Source: an uncultured Clostridia bacterium (lineage in GTDB: Bacteria; Bacillota; Clostridia; Christensenellales; UBA3700). From it: a stretch of DNA of 44,977 nucleotides. Shown piece by piece: positions 10,344 to 18,715 of this stretch. The stretch is from the NCBI GenBank assembly GCA_947174325.1, contig CAMWIL010000004.1:1-44977 (forward strand), given 5' to 3'. Position numbers and translations under genes: made by a program. Position 1 is the stretch's first letter. Every line of letters begins with the position of its first letter. The notes under the pieces were generated by a model that had not been told where the DNA came from, did no database searches, and was given only the letters and a program-made list of their open reading frames with translations.

Positions 10344-10850
10344 ATGGCAAGAAAAGAGAGATTTAACAATCAAGACGATTTGCTCAATAAACTCATCTGC
10401 GTAAACCGCGTTACGAAAGTAGTAAAAGGCGGTAGAACAATGAGATTTGCTGCTCTTATCGTAGTAGGCGACGGACAAGGTTCTATCGGTCTTGGAATGG
10501 GCAAGGCGGGCGAAGTGCCGGAAGCTATTCGTAAAGCTACTGCCGAAGCTAAGCGCAATATGATCAAGATCGCGACCGTAGATACGACTGTTCCGCACGA
10601 GGCAATCGGCAACTTCGGAAGTTCTAAGGTTATCATAATGCCTGCCAGCGCAGGTACCGGTGTTATCGCCGGCGGTCCGGTTCGTGCCGTACTCGAATGC
10701 GCAGGTATCAAGGACGTAAGAACGAAGTCTATGGGAAGCAACAATAAAATCAACTGCGTAAAAGCAACTTTTGCAGGACTTGCAAGTATGAAAACGGCAG
10801 AACAAATTGCCGCGCTCAGAGGTAAGAGCGTAGAAGAAATTTTGGGCTAA
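10344..10850 (+). CDS. rpsE: 30S ribosomal protein S5
   Basis: [19 protein letters not shown]. Confidence 0.99.
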   Translation: MARKERFNNQDDLLNKLICVNRVTKVVKGGRTMRFAALIVVGDGQGSIGLGMGKAGEVPEAIRKATAEAKRNMIKIATVDTTVPHEAIGNFGSSKVIIMPASAGTGVIAGGPVRAVLECAGIKDVRTKSMGSNNKINCVKATFAGLASMKTAEQIAALRGKSVEEILG

Positions 10851-10861
10851 GGAGGCGACTT

Positions 10862-11041
10862 ATGGAAAAGATTAAGGTTACACTCGTAAAGAGCACGATA
10901 GGTTGCACGCAAAAGCAGAAGGATACCGTAAAGGCTCTCGGTCTTCATAAGATCGGCAGCAGCAACGTTATCACGTCAAATGCTTGTTCAGAAGGTATGC
11001 TCAAAATCGTTTCGCACCTCGTAATGATTGAGCAAGCGTAA
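10862..11041 (+). CDS. rpmD: 50S ribosomal protein L30 (59 aa, not in ORF track)
   Basis: Read from DNA: [32 protein letters not shown]...VSHLV; SD aggagg; between rpsE and rplO. Confidence 0.95.
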   Translation: MEKIKVTLVKSTIGCTQKQKDTVKALGLHKIGSSNVITSNACSEGMLKIVSHLVMIEQA

Positions 11042-11054
11042 GGGAGAGTATAAG

Positions 11055-11498
11055 ATGAAATTGAGTAATATGGCTCCGGCAGACGGAGCAAAGACGCAAT
11101 CCAAAAGACTCGGCAGAGGTATCGGTTCGGGTCTCGGCAAGACTTCCGGCAAAGGTCACAAGGGTCAATGGGCTCGTAGTGGCGGCGGTGTAAGACCCGG
11201 CTTTGAAGGCGGTCAAATGCCTCTCGTAAGAAGAATTCCGAAGAGAGGTTTCAACAACGTATTCAAAAAAGAATATTCTATCGTCAACGTAAGCGCTTTG
11301 GAGCAGTTCGAAGACGGTACGGAAATTACAGCAGACTTTCTTCTTGAGAAGGGCGTGCTTAGTAAGGTTGAACCTTATGGTTTGAAGGTTCTTGGCAACG
11401 GTACATTAACTAAAAAACTTGAGGTTAAAGCAAACAAATTTACTAAGTCAGCTGCGGAAATAATTGAAAAAGCAGGTGGCAAAGCAGAGGTGCTATAA
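11055..11498 (+). CDS. rplO: 50S ribosomal protein L15
   Basis: [27 protein letters not shown]; start at ATG 11055. Confidence 0.98.
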   Translation: MKLSNMAPADGAKTQSKRLGRGIGSGLGKTSGKGHKGQWARSGGGVRPGFEGGQMPLVRRIPKRGFNNVFKKEYSIVNVSALEQFEDGTEITADFLLEKGVLSKVEPYGLKVLGNGTLTKKLEVKANKFTKSAAEIIEKAGGKAEVL

Positions 11499-12832
11499 TG
11501 TGGCAAACTATTAAAAACGCATTTAGCGATAAAAGCATCAGAAGCAGAATGTTCGCAACCTTCGGAATCCTTTTGGCTTTCCGTATAGGTTGCTGGATAC
11601 CGCTTCCGGGAATATCCGTAGATTTTTACAGCGCTCAGTTTGACTTGTCGAACAATTCGAGCCAAAATACGATATTCCAACTTTTGAGTATGATGAGCGG
11701 CGGCTCGATGCAGTATTTGACGTTGTTCGCGCTGGGTATCTTGCCGTTTATCAACAGCTTTATCATAATGCAGTTGCTCACACTGATCATTCCTCCGCTT
11801 GAAAGACTTTCCAAGCAAGGTGATGAGGGGCGTGAAAAAATTACGATAATCACGAGATACGTTGCAATAGTACTTGCAGTAGTTCAAGCAATCGGTATCG
11901 TCGTAGCTTACAAGGATTATATTGATCCTATGTTCGGCGAGGCAAAAGGTTGGTTGACGGCGATAATGCTCATTGCTCTTCTCGTTGCAGGAAGTACGGT
12001 CGTAATGTGGCTTGGCGAAAGAATTACCGAACTCGGTATTGGAAACGGAACGTCGCTTATAATTTTCAGCGGTATCCTATCTTCTTTTGGCTTGGCAATG
12101 GTCAACACCATTCCTCAAATAAAAACCGATACAACAAAGATTTGGAACTTATTGGGATATATAGTAGTAGTATTGTTGCTATTTTTGTTCATTGTATTCG
12201 TAGACGGCGGAGAGAGAAGGATCAAAGTCAACTACGCAAAACAAGTCAAGGGCAACAAGATGTACGGCGGACAATCGACGTTTATTCCTATCAAGGTAAA
12301 CAGTTCGGGCGTTATGCCTATCATCTTCGCATCGTCGTTTATGACCATCCCGATGATGATATTCCAATTCGTAGGACAGGATTCGCAACATTTTAACAAC
12401 TATATGATTTTCTGCTATCCAGGCACGTCTACAAACCAGTGGCAATGGGTAGGTTGGGTATTCTACTATTTGGTAATGTTGGGATTGATAATCTTCTTCG
12501 CATACTTCTACGCGCAGATACAGTTCAATCCGCAAGACGTTGCGAGAAACCTTCAACAGTACGGCGGTACGATACAAGGTATCAGAGGCGGTAAGCCGAC
12601 CAGCGATTACCTTGCAAAAATAAATAACAAAATAGTCTTGTTCGGAGCGTTGTTCCTTGGATTTATTGCGATAATCCCTGCGGCTCTCTTCCAACTTTTG
12701 GGAAATGACTTGGGATTGACCAACGCGATATCCTCGACGGGTATGCTGATCGCGGTAAGCGTAGCGTTGGAGTTCAACAAGCAACTCGAAGGACAACTTA
12801 TGATGAAGCACTACAAAGGCTTCCTTAAATAA
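11498..12832 (+). CDS. secY: Preprotein translocase subunit SecY
   Basis: Multiple TM helices, FALGILPFI, WLGERITE.GIGNG.SLII, GVMPIIFA. Confidence 0.99.
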   Translation: MWQTIKNAFSDKSIRSRMFATFGILLAFRIGCWIPLPGISVDFYSAQFDLSNNSSQNTIFQLLSMMSGGSMQYLTLFALGILPFINSFIIMQLLTLIIPPLERLSKQGDEGREKITIITRYVAIVLAVVQAIGIVVAYKDYIDPMFGEAKGWLTAIMLIALLVAGSTVVMWLGERITELGIGNGTSLIIFSGILSSFGLAMVNTIPQIKTDTTKIWNLLGYIVVVLLLFLFIVFVDGGERRIKVNYAKQVKGNKMYGGQSTFIPIKVNSSGVMPIIFASSFMTIPMMIFQFVGQDSQHFNNYMIFCYPGTSTNQWQWVGWVFYYLVMLGLIIFFAYFYAQIQFNPQDVARNLQQYGGTIQGIRGGKPTSDYLAKINNKIVLFGALFLGFIAIIPAALFQLLGNDLGLTNAISSTGMLIAVSVALEFNKQLEGQLMMKHYKGFLK

Positions 12833-13467
12833 TGAAGGCTGTTATGAACTTGGTATTTTTAGGCGCGCCGGGCGCTGGCAAAGGCACCCAGGCGACGCGT
12901 ATATGCGGCAAGTACGATATACCTCACGTCTCTACGGGAGATATTTTGAGGGCGAACATCAAGGCGGGTACTCCGTTGGGCGTAGAAGCTAAGGCTTTTA
13001 TAGACAAGGGCTTGCTAGTGCCTGACGAGGTCGTTATAGGACTTGTCGAGCAAAGACTTGCCGAGGAAGATTGTAAGAAGGGATACCTTCTCGACGGTTT
13101 TCCAAGGACGCTTGAACAAGCTGAAGCTTTGAGTAAGTTTTCCGACGTTACCGTTGCGGTCAATATCCAAGTGGACGCAGATATGGTGATCGAGAGAATA
13201 GCCGGCAGAAGAATGTGCAAGTGCGGAGAAAGTTATCATATATCTTGGTACAACTCCGACAAGTGCCAAAAGTGCGGAAGCGCGTTGTATCAAAGAGACG
13301 ACGACAAAGAAGATACTGTCAAGGCAAGACTTGAAGTATACGAGAGACAGACCGCGCCTTTGATTGATTACTACAATAAAAAGGGCGTACTCAAAAACGT
13401 CGACGGCATGAAAGGTATGGAAGAAGTCTTTGAAGACATCGTGGAGATTTTAGATGATAACGATTAA
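12832..13467 (+). CDS. adk: Adenylate kinase (Zn-binding LID)
   Basis: GAPGAGKGTQA, LDGFPRT, C-x-C...CxxC LID, RDDD. Confidence 0.98.
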   Translation: MKAVMNLVFLGAPGAGKGTQATRICGKYDIPHVSTGDILRANIKAGTPLGVEAKAFIDKGLLVPDEVVIGLVEQRLAEEDCKKGYLLDGFPRTLEQAEALSKFSDVTVAVNIQVDADMVIERIAGRRMCKCGESYHISWYNSDKCQKCGSALYQRDDDKEDTVKARLEVYERQTAPLIDYYNKKGVLKNVDGMKGMEEVFEDIVEILDDND

Positions 13468-14200
13468 GACGCCTGATGAGATCGTATTGATGCGTAAGGC
13501 AAATCAAATTGTCAAAGATACTCTCGATATGTTGCAAGACAATATAAAAGAGGGAATGACGACCGCGCAACTTGATAAGATGGCGCACGATCACATTGTG
13601 AAGTGCAACGCGATCCCGTCATTTTTAGGATACGGCGGTTTTCCCGCGTCCATATGTACGTCGATAAACGAGCAAGTCGTTCACGGAATACCTTCTCAAA
13701 AGACCGTTATCAAAGAGGGCGACATAGTCAGCGTAGATTGCGGAAGTATCTATAAAGGTTACAACGGCGACGCTGCGAGGACGTTCGAGATAGGTAAAGT
13801 GAGTCAGGAAAAGCATAACCTTGTCGAAGTAACAAAACAATCTTTCTTCGAGGGAGTGAAAATTCTCAAAGAAGGCGTAAGGCTTGGCGATTTGGGATAT
13901 GCGATACAGAGTTACGCCGAGAGTTTCGGTTACGGCGTGGTAAGAGATCTGGTCGGACACGGTATCGGAAGAGAAATGCACGAAGATCCGCAAGTTCCCA
14001 ACTACGGACGTCAAGGTCACGGTATGCGACTCAAAAAGCATATGACCATTGCCATAGAACCTATGATAAATATGGGAACTCATAAGGTCTACGTACTTGA
14101 CGACGGTTGGACGATAGTGACTAGGGACAATTTACCGTCGGCGCACTACGAAAACACCGTATTGATAACCGAAGAGGGAGTGGAAATACTCTCGTTATGA
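13454..14200 (+). CDS. map: Methionine aminopeptidase type I
   Basis: CTSINEQVVHGIP, GHGIG..MHEDP, AIEPM, SAHYE. Confidence 0.98.
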   Translation: MITIKTPDEIVLMRKANQIVKDTLDMLQDNIKEGMTTAQLDKMAHDHIVKCNAIPSFLGYGGFPASICTSINEQVVHGIPSQKTVIKEGDIVSVDCGSIYKGYNGDAARTFEIGKVSQEKHNLVEVTKQSFFEGVKILKEGVRLGDLGYAIQSYAESFGYGVVRDLVGHGIGREMHEDPQVPNYGRQGHGMRLKKHMTIAIEPMINMGTHKVYVLDDGWTIVTRDNLPSAHYENTVLITEEGVEILSL

Positions 14201-14207
14201 GGCGAAA

Positions 14208-14456
14208 ATGAGCGTTAATGTCGGAGACGTCGTGATTTCAAAAAGAGGTCATGATGCCAAGAAGATTTTTATGATAGTCGCTACGCTTAACGAAGATTAC
14301 GTTTTGATAGCCGACGGAAAGTCGAGGAAACTGGACTCGCCTAAGCAAAAGAACGTAAAACATCTCAAAGTGATTGCGGCGGCGGACGAAAGACTTAACG
14401 AAGTCGTAGACGACAAGAGTATCGTAAACAAACTCGATCAATTTCAAACCGAATGA
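14208..14456 (+). CDS. KOW-domain (L14e-like) RNA-binding protein
   Basis: [29 protein letters not shown]; usual position between map and infA. Confidence 0.9.
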   Translation: MSVNVGDVVISKRGHDAKKIFMIVATLNEDYVLIADGKSRKLDSPKQKNVKHLKVIAAADERLNEVVDDKSIVNKLDQFQTE

Positions 14457-14469
14457 ACAGGAGGTATCT

Positions 14470-14691
14470 ATGTCTAAGGAAGACGTAATCGAGGCTGAAG
14501 GAAAAGTAATAGAAGTATTGCCAAACACCAATTTCAGAGTTGAGTTGTCCAACGGACACGTCATAGTTGCGTATCTGTCGGGAAAATTGAGAAAGAACTA
14601 TATCAAAATTCTCGAAGGCGACGCAGTAAAAGTAGAATTAAGTCCATACGATTTGACAAAAGGAAGAATTGTATGGCGTAATAAGAACTAA
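14470..14691 (+). CDS. infA: Translation initiation factor IF-1
   Basis: [24 protein letters not shown]. Confidence 0.99.
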   Translation: MSKEDVIEAEGKVIEVLPNTNFRVELSNGHVIVAYLSGKLRKNYIKILEGDAVKVELSPYDLTKGRIVWRNKN

Positions 14692-14705
14692 CGGAGGATA
14701 TAACA

Positions 14706-14822
14706 ATGAAAGTTAGACCATCAGTAAAACCGATGTGCGACAAGTGCAAGGTTATAAAGAGAAACGGAGCCGTTATGATCATCTGCTCCAAATACAAAAA
14801 GCATAAGCAGAAACAAGGCTAA
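14706..14822 (+). CDS. rpmJ: 50S ribosomal protein L36 (38 aa, not in ORF track)
   Basis: Read from DNA: [38 protein letters not shown]. Confidence 0.96.
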   Translation: MKVRPSVKPMCDKCKVIKRNGAVMIICSKYKKHKQKQG

Positions 14823-14852
14823 GAGCTAAAACTCTTGAATATTAAAAGAGCA

Positions 14853-14884
14853 AAAAGGATTATGGAAACCCCATAATTCCTTTA
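14853..14884 (+). terminator. Probable terminator after rpmJ
   Basis: aaaaggattatgg-aaacc-ccataattccttt hairpin. Confidence 0.5.
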
Positions 14885-14921
14885 TTGCGTAAAAAAAGAT
14901 AAAAAATATGTATTATAATGC

Positions 14922-14950
14922 TTGCAAGATTTATTAAATCGTGTTATAAT
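14922..14950 (+). promoter_or_regulatory. Sigma-A promoter of alpha operon
   Basis: TTGCAA-17 bp-TATAAT with extended -10 TG. Confidence 0.75.
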
Positions 14951-15083
14951 ACCAACGCAAAATAGACATTAATCGTTGGGGAGCGGCTAATAGGTTGTTT
15001 CATTCCAAGTACAACAGACAATCTAACTTCTCGTAGCGTTTAATAATATAATAAACATTTTATTAAATTATTGGAGGTATCAA

Positions 15084-15455
15084 ATGGCTCGTATTAGTGG
15101 CGTTGATTTGCCAAATGAGAAAAGAGTTGAGATCGGACTTACCTATATCTACGGTATCGGAAGAGTTACGTCCAACAAAATTCTCGCTGATACAGGTATA
15201 AATCCTGACACAAGAGTCAGAGATTTGACTGATGAGGAAGTAAACAAGATTCGTGAGTACATCGACCACAACAATATTATGGTTGAGGGTGATTTGAAGC
15301 GCGAAATCAAGATGAACATCAAGAGATTGCAGGAAATAGGTTGTTACCGCGGCGTAAGACACCGTAAGGGATTGCCTGTTCGCGGTCAGAGTACAAAGCA
15401 AAATGCTCGTACAAGAAAAGGTCCGAAGAAGACCGTTAGCCGTAAGAAGAAATAA
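15084..15455 (+). CDS. rpsM: 30S ribosomal protein S13
   Basis: [21 protein letters not shown]. Confidence 0.99.
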   Translation: MARISGVDLPNEKRVEIGLTYIYGIGRVTSNKILADTGINPDTRVRDLTDEEVNKIREYIDHNNIMVEGDLKREIKMNIKRLQEIGCYRGVRHRKGLPVRGQSTKQNARTRKGPKKTVSRKKK

Positions 15456-15468
15456 GGAGGAGTGAAAA

Positions 15469-15864
15469 ATGGCAGTTGCTAAAAAAGTTACAAAAAAGCG
15501 TGTAGCAAACAAGCGTCGCGGTGAAAACGGATGCGCTCACATTCACGCCTCTTTCAACAACACCATCGTTACGATAACAGATACGCAAGGCAATGCTATC
15601 AGTTGGTCGAGCGCGGGCAAGCTTCAACTCAGAGGTAGCAAGAAGTCCACGCCGTTTGCCGCTCAAATCGTCAGCGAAGACGCAGGTAAGGTTGCTTACG
15701 ATGCAGGTGTTAGAAACGTGGAAGTATATGTCAAGGGACCGGGTAGCGGCAGAGAATCCGCAATCAGAGCCCTTCAAAACGTAGGATTGAACGTTACGCT
15801 TATCAAAGACGTATCTCCGATCCCGCACAACGGCTGTCGCCCACCAAAGCGCAGAAGACTCTAA
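15469..15864 (+). CDS. rpsK: 30S ribosomal protein S11
   Basis: [25 protein letters not shown]. Confidence 0.99.
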   Translation: MAVAKKVTKKRVANKRRGENGCAHIHASFNNTIVTITDTQGNAISWSSAGKLQLRGSKKSTPFAAQIVSEDAGKVAYDAGVRNVEVYVKGPGSGRESAIRALQNVGLNVTLIKDVSPIPHNGCRPPKRRRL

Positions 15865-15885
15865 TATAGGAGGTTAAGCAAGAAT

Positions 15886-16509
15886 ATGGCTAGATATACA
15901 GGCCCAGATTGTCGTCAATGCAGACGCGAGGGCGAAAAATTATTTTTGAAAGGCGATAAGTGTTATTCGGAAAAGTGTCCTTTTGTCAAGAACAGCACTC
16001 CTCCGGGACAGCACGGCGCCGCTCGTAAGAAAAACAGCGAATACGCAACACAGTTGAGAGAAAAGCAGAAGACCAAGAGAATTTACGGTCTTTGCGAAAA
16101 ACAATTCAGAGGATATTACGACAAAGCCGAAAAGATGAGGGGTATTACCGGTGAAAACATGCTCATTCTTCTCGAAAGAAGACTTGACAATACCGTTTAC
16201 CGTCTCGGTTTGGCATCTTCCCGTTCTATGGCAAGACAGATCGTAAATCACGGTTTGATCACCGTCAACGGTAATTGCGTAAACATTCCGTCTTTCCTCG
16301 TAAAGAAAGGCGACGTGATAAGTGTAAAGGAAAACAAAGCCGACAAGAAGGTATTCAGCGGTATCAAGGAGGCTAAGACACTCAATCTTCCAAAGTGGTT
16401 GACGTTTGACAACGCGACAATGACCGGTACGGTCGTAGAGTTGCCGGAGAGAGCTGACGTTGAGCAAAAGATTGAAGAGCATATGATTGTCGAGTTGTAT
16501 TCTAAGTAA
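15886..16509 (+). CDS. rpsD: 30S ribosomal protein S4 (Cys-containing type)
   Basis: MARYTGP.CR.CRREG, LERRLDN.VYRLG, VELYSK. Confidence 0.99.
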   Translation: MARYTGPDCRQCRREGEKLFLKGDKCYSEKCPFVKNSTPPGQHGAARKKNSEYATQLREKQKTKRIYGLCEKQFRGYYDKAEKMRGITGENMLILLERRLDNTVYRLGLASSRSMARQIVNHGLITVNGNCVNIPSFLVKKGDVISVKENKADKKVFSGIKEAKTLNLPKWLTFDNATMTGTVVELPERADVEQKIEEHMIVELYSK

Positions 16510-16552
16510 TACGTTTTGACGCTATGCCAAATCATTGAAAAGGAGGCTTACA

Positions 16553-17506
16553 ATGATAGAAATTCAAAAACCAAATATTAACAGAGAAGATATTGAAGTC
16601 GGCAGAAAGACGAGATATTCGATCGAACCGCTTGAAAGAGGTTTCGGTACGACTCTCGGCAACAGCCTTAGAAGAATACTTTTGGGAGCTTTACCGGGCG
16701 CGGCTGCCGTTGGAATCAGAATAAACGGCGTTCAGCACGAGTTCACTTCTATTCCGGGTATCAAAGAAGACGTGACCGATATTATCCTCAACGTCAAGGG
16801 TCTTGCAGTCAAGGCTCACACCGAGGATAAGAACTTCAAACAACTCTGTACTATCAATAAATATACCGCGGGCGTAGTTACCGCCGGCGACATCTCTCAC
16901 AGCGACGATATCGAGATACTTAATCCGGATCTTGAAATTTGCACTCTCGACGAGGGCGCAAGCTTGGAAATGGAAATCTATATCGGCGTTGGCAGAGGAT
17001 ACGTAAGCGCAAGTGAAAATAAGGATGCGGAACAAGGTATCGGATATATCCCCGTAGACTCTATTTTTACTCCGGTAATTGCAGCTAGTTATCAGGTAGA
17101 AAGCACCAGAAAGGGACAGGACATCAATTTTGACAAACTCACTATTGACGTTACTACCGATGGAACTGCTACCCCTAACGAAGTAATCAGTTTGTCCGCG
17201 AAGATCATGAACGACCATCTCGGTATTTTCGTAAGACTTGTGGATAACATGGAAGAAAAAGAGATTCTTATAAGCCAAGACAACGAGTCGCAGGCTAAGA
17301 TCTACGAAATGGTGATCGAAGATTTGGATTTGTCCGTAAGATCTTACAACTGTCTTAGAAGAGCGGGTATCAACACCGTTAAAGATTTGATCGAAAAGAC
17401 AGAAGACGACATGCTCAAGGTTAGAAATCTCGGAAAGAAATCACTTGAAGAAGTCATGAAGAAAATAGACGACCTTGGTCTTAAACTCAAAGACAAGGAT
17501 GAATAA
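16553..17506 (+). CDS. rpoA: RNA polymerase alpha subunit
   Basis: EPLERGFGTTLGNSLRR, IEDLDLSVRSYNCL, RNLGKKS; start at ATG 16553 after aggagg. Confidence 0.99.
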   Translation: MIEIQKPNINREDIEVGRKTRYSIEPLERGFGTTLGNSLRRILLGALPGAAAVGIRINGVQHEFTSIPGIKEDVTDIILNVKGLAVKAHTEDKNFKQLCTINKYTAGVVTAGDISHSDDIEILNPDLEICTLDEGASLEMEIYIGVGRGYVSASENKDAEQGIGYIPVDSIFTPVIAASYQVESTRKGQDINFDKLTIDVTTDGTATPNEVISLSAKIMNDHLGIFVRLVDNMEEKEILISQDNESQAKIYEMVIEDLDLSVRSYNCLRRAGINTVKDLIEKTEDDMLKVRNLGKKSLEEVMKKIDDLGLKLKDKDE

Positions 17507-17523
17507 TTAGGAGGTAGAGAAAA

Positions 17524-18033
17524 ATGGCAAGAAAGTTGGGTAGAACAGCCGAAGAAAGAATGGCCATAATTAGAAATCAAGCCTCAGAACTATTGTGGTA
17601 CGGATCTATCGAGACCACAGTTGACAGAGCAAAAGAGGTTAGAAGTTATGCAGAGAGTATGTTGACTCTCGCTATAAACACCTATGAAGATACCGTAAAA
17701 GTAACCAAAACCGTTAAAAACGAAAAGGGCGACAAAGTAGAAAAGGAGTTTGTCAATGACGGACCGAAGAAGCTTGCCGCTAGAAGAAAGCTTATGGCTA
17801 GCCTTAGAGATCTTCAAGAGATCAAGGCAGAAGGTGAAAAGAAATCGGAATTCAAGGCAAGAACAAAAGATATCAATCATCCGCTTATCGAAAAGATTTT
17901 CAGAGAGCACGCAGTATTCTACGCTGACAGAGCAAGCAAGCTCGGTCAAAAAGGCGGATATACGCGTATCATAAGACTTGGTCAAAGACGCGGCGACGGC
18001 GCAGAAATGGCTAAGTTGGAGTTGGTTCGCTAA
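17524..18033 (+). CDS. rplQ: 50S ribosomal protein L17 (large internal insertion)
   Basis: RKLGR, IETT..RAKE, GGYTRI, RRGDGA. Confidence 0.97.
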   Translation: MARKLGRTAEERMAIIRNQASELLWYGSIETTVDRAKEVRSYAESMLTLAINTYEDTVKVTKTVKNEKGDKVEKEFVNDGPKKLAARRKLMASLRDLQEIKAEGEKKSEFKARTKDINHPLIEKIFREHAVFYADRASKLGQKGGYTRIIRLGQRRGDGAEMAKLELVR

Positions 18034-18092
18034 GAATATCGTTCGCGGATAGGAAACGTTAAAATTCCGTTTCCGTTCAAGTAAAACAAAAC

Positions 18093-18127
18093 TCGCCATC
18101 GTACTTTCAGTACGGGGCGATTTTTTT
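18093..18127 (+). terminator. Rho-independent terminator of alpha operon
   Basis: tcgccatcgtac-tttca-gtacggggcga followed by T7. Confidence 0.8.
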
Positions 18128-18150
18128 ATTTCCTATTATTTATTTTAGGT

Positions 18151-18268
18151 TAGTGTAACGTCAAAGCAGTAAAGCAATAATTTAAGCCATATTTTTTAGT
18201 GAAGGCGAGAGGAAGTTCGCAAATCAGCTAAATCAAAAACTATGAGCAAATAATTGCATCGCTGCTTT
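18151..18268. repeat. Dispersed repeat family A, copy 2
   Basis: tttaagccatattttttag...agctaaatcaaaaactatgagcaaataattgca matches 71-191; outer arms aaagcag / ctgcttt. Confidence 0.8.
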
Positions 18269-18335
18269 TTGTTTTCGTCATTCTGCCACATATAATTGTC
18301 ATTTTGATCATACTGCTTTTTACTATCAATAATTT

Positions 18336-18411
18336 ATGCGATCAGCAACGTTTTGCTAATCGCGTCTTAAACGAATATGATAAGCATTTGCTAGCAATGA
18401 TAGCAGAGTGT
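18336..18411. repeat. Twin-hairpin family B, diverged copy
   Basis: atgcgatcagcaa/ttgctaatcgcgt and ttgctagcaatgatagca resemble 1502-1588. Confidence 0.6.
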
Positions 18412-18558
18412 ATTAGATGTCATTGACGAGCTTTTAAGTCATTTCAAGCTTGTCGAGAAATCTCAAAACAGTTTAAAATTTCAATCAAAAATAATAATTC
18501 AAGTTTACAATTTAGCCAAATTATTTCTATTTTCATTAAAATATTACAAAATTCTAAG

Positions 18559-18693
18559 AAAAGTACACATTTACTGACTAGGTTTTATAACTGCGAAATT
18601 GCCGAATTTTGAGACAATTTACACAATAATTATAGCTTTATACAAGTATTTTTGCAACACATTGCGGTCAGTAAATGTGTACTTTTACTGACC
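18559..18693. promoter_or_regulatory. Candidate invertible promoter (inverton), OFF orientation
   Basis: Perfect 20-bp inverted repeat aaaagtacacatttactgac (18559-18578) / gtcagtaaatgtgtactttt (18667-18686) enclosing TTGCAA-17 bp-TATAAT on the minus strand (18657 to 18629). Confidence 0.8.
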
Positions 18694-18715
18694 GAACAAA
18701 AAATGGGGTAATAAA

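Noticed and set aside
2275-18099. Long minus-strand ORFs over the ribosomal cluster (e.g. 3820-4908, 7430-8878)
   Set aside because: Antisense shadows of highly biased genes; no recognisable motifs.
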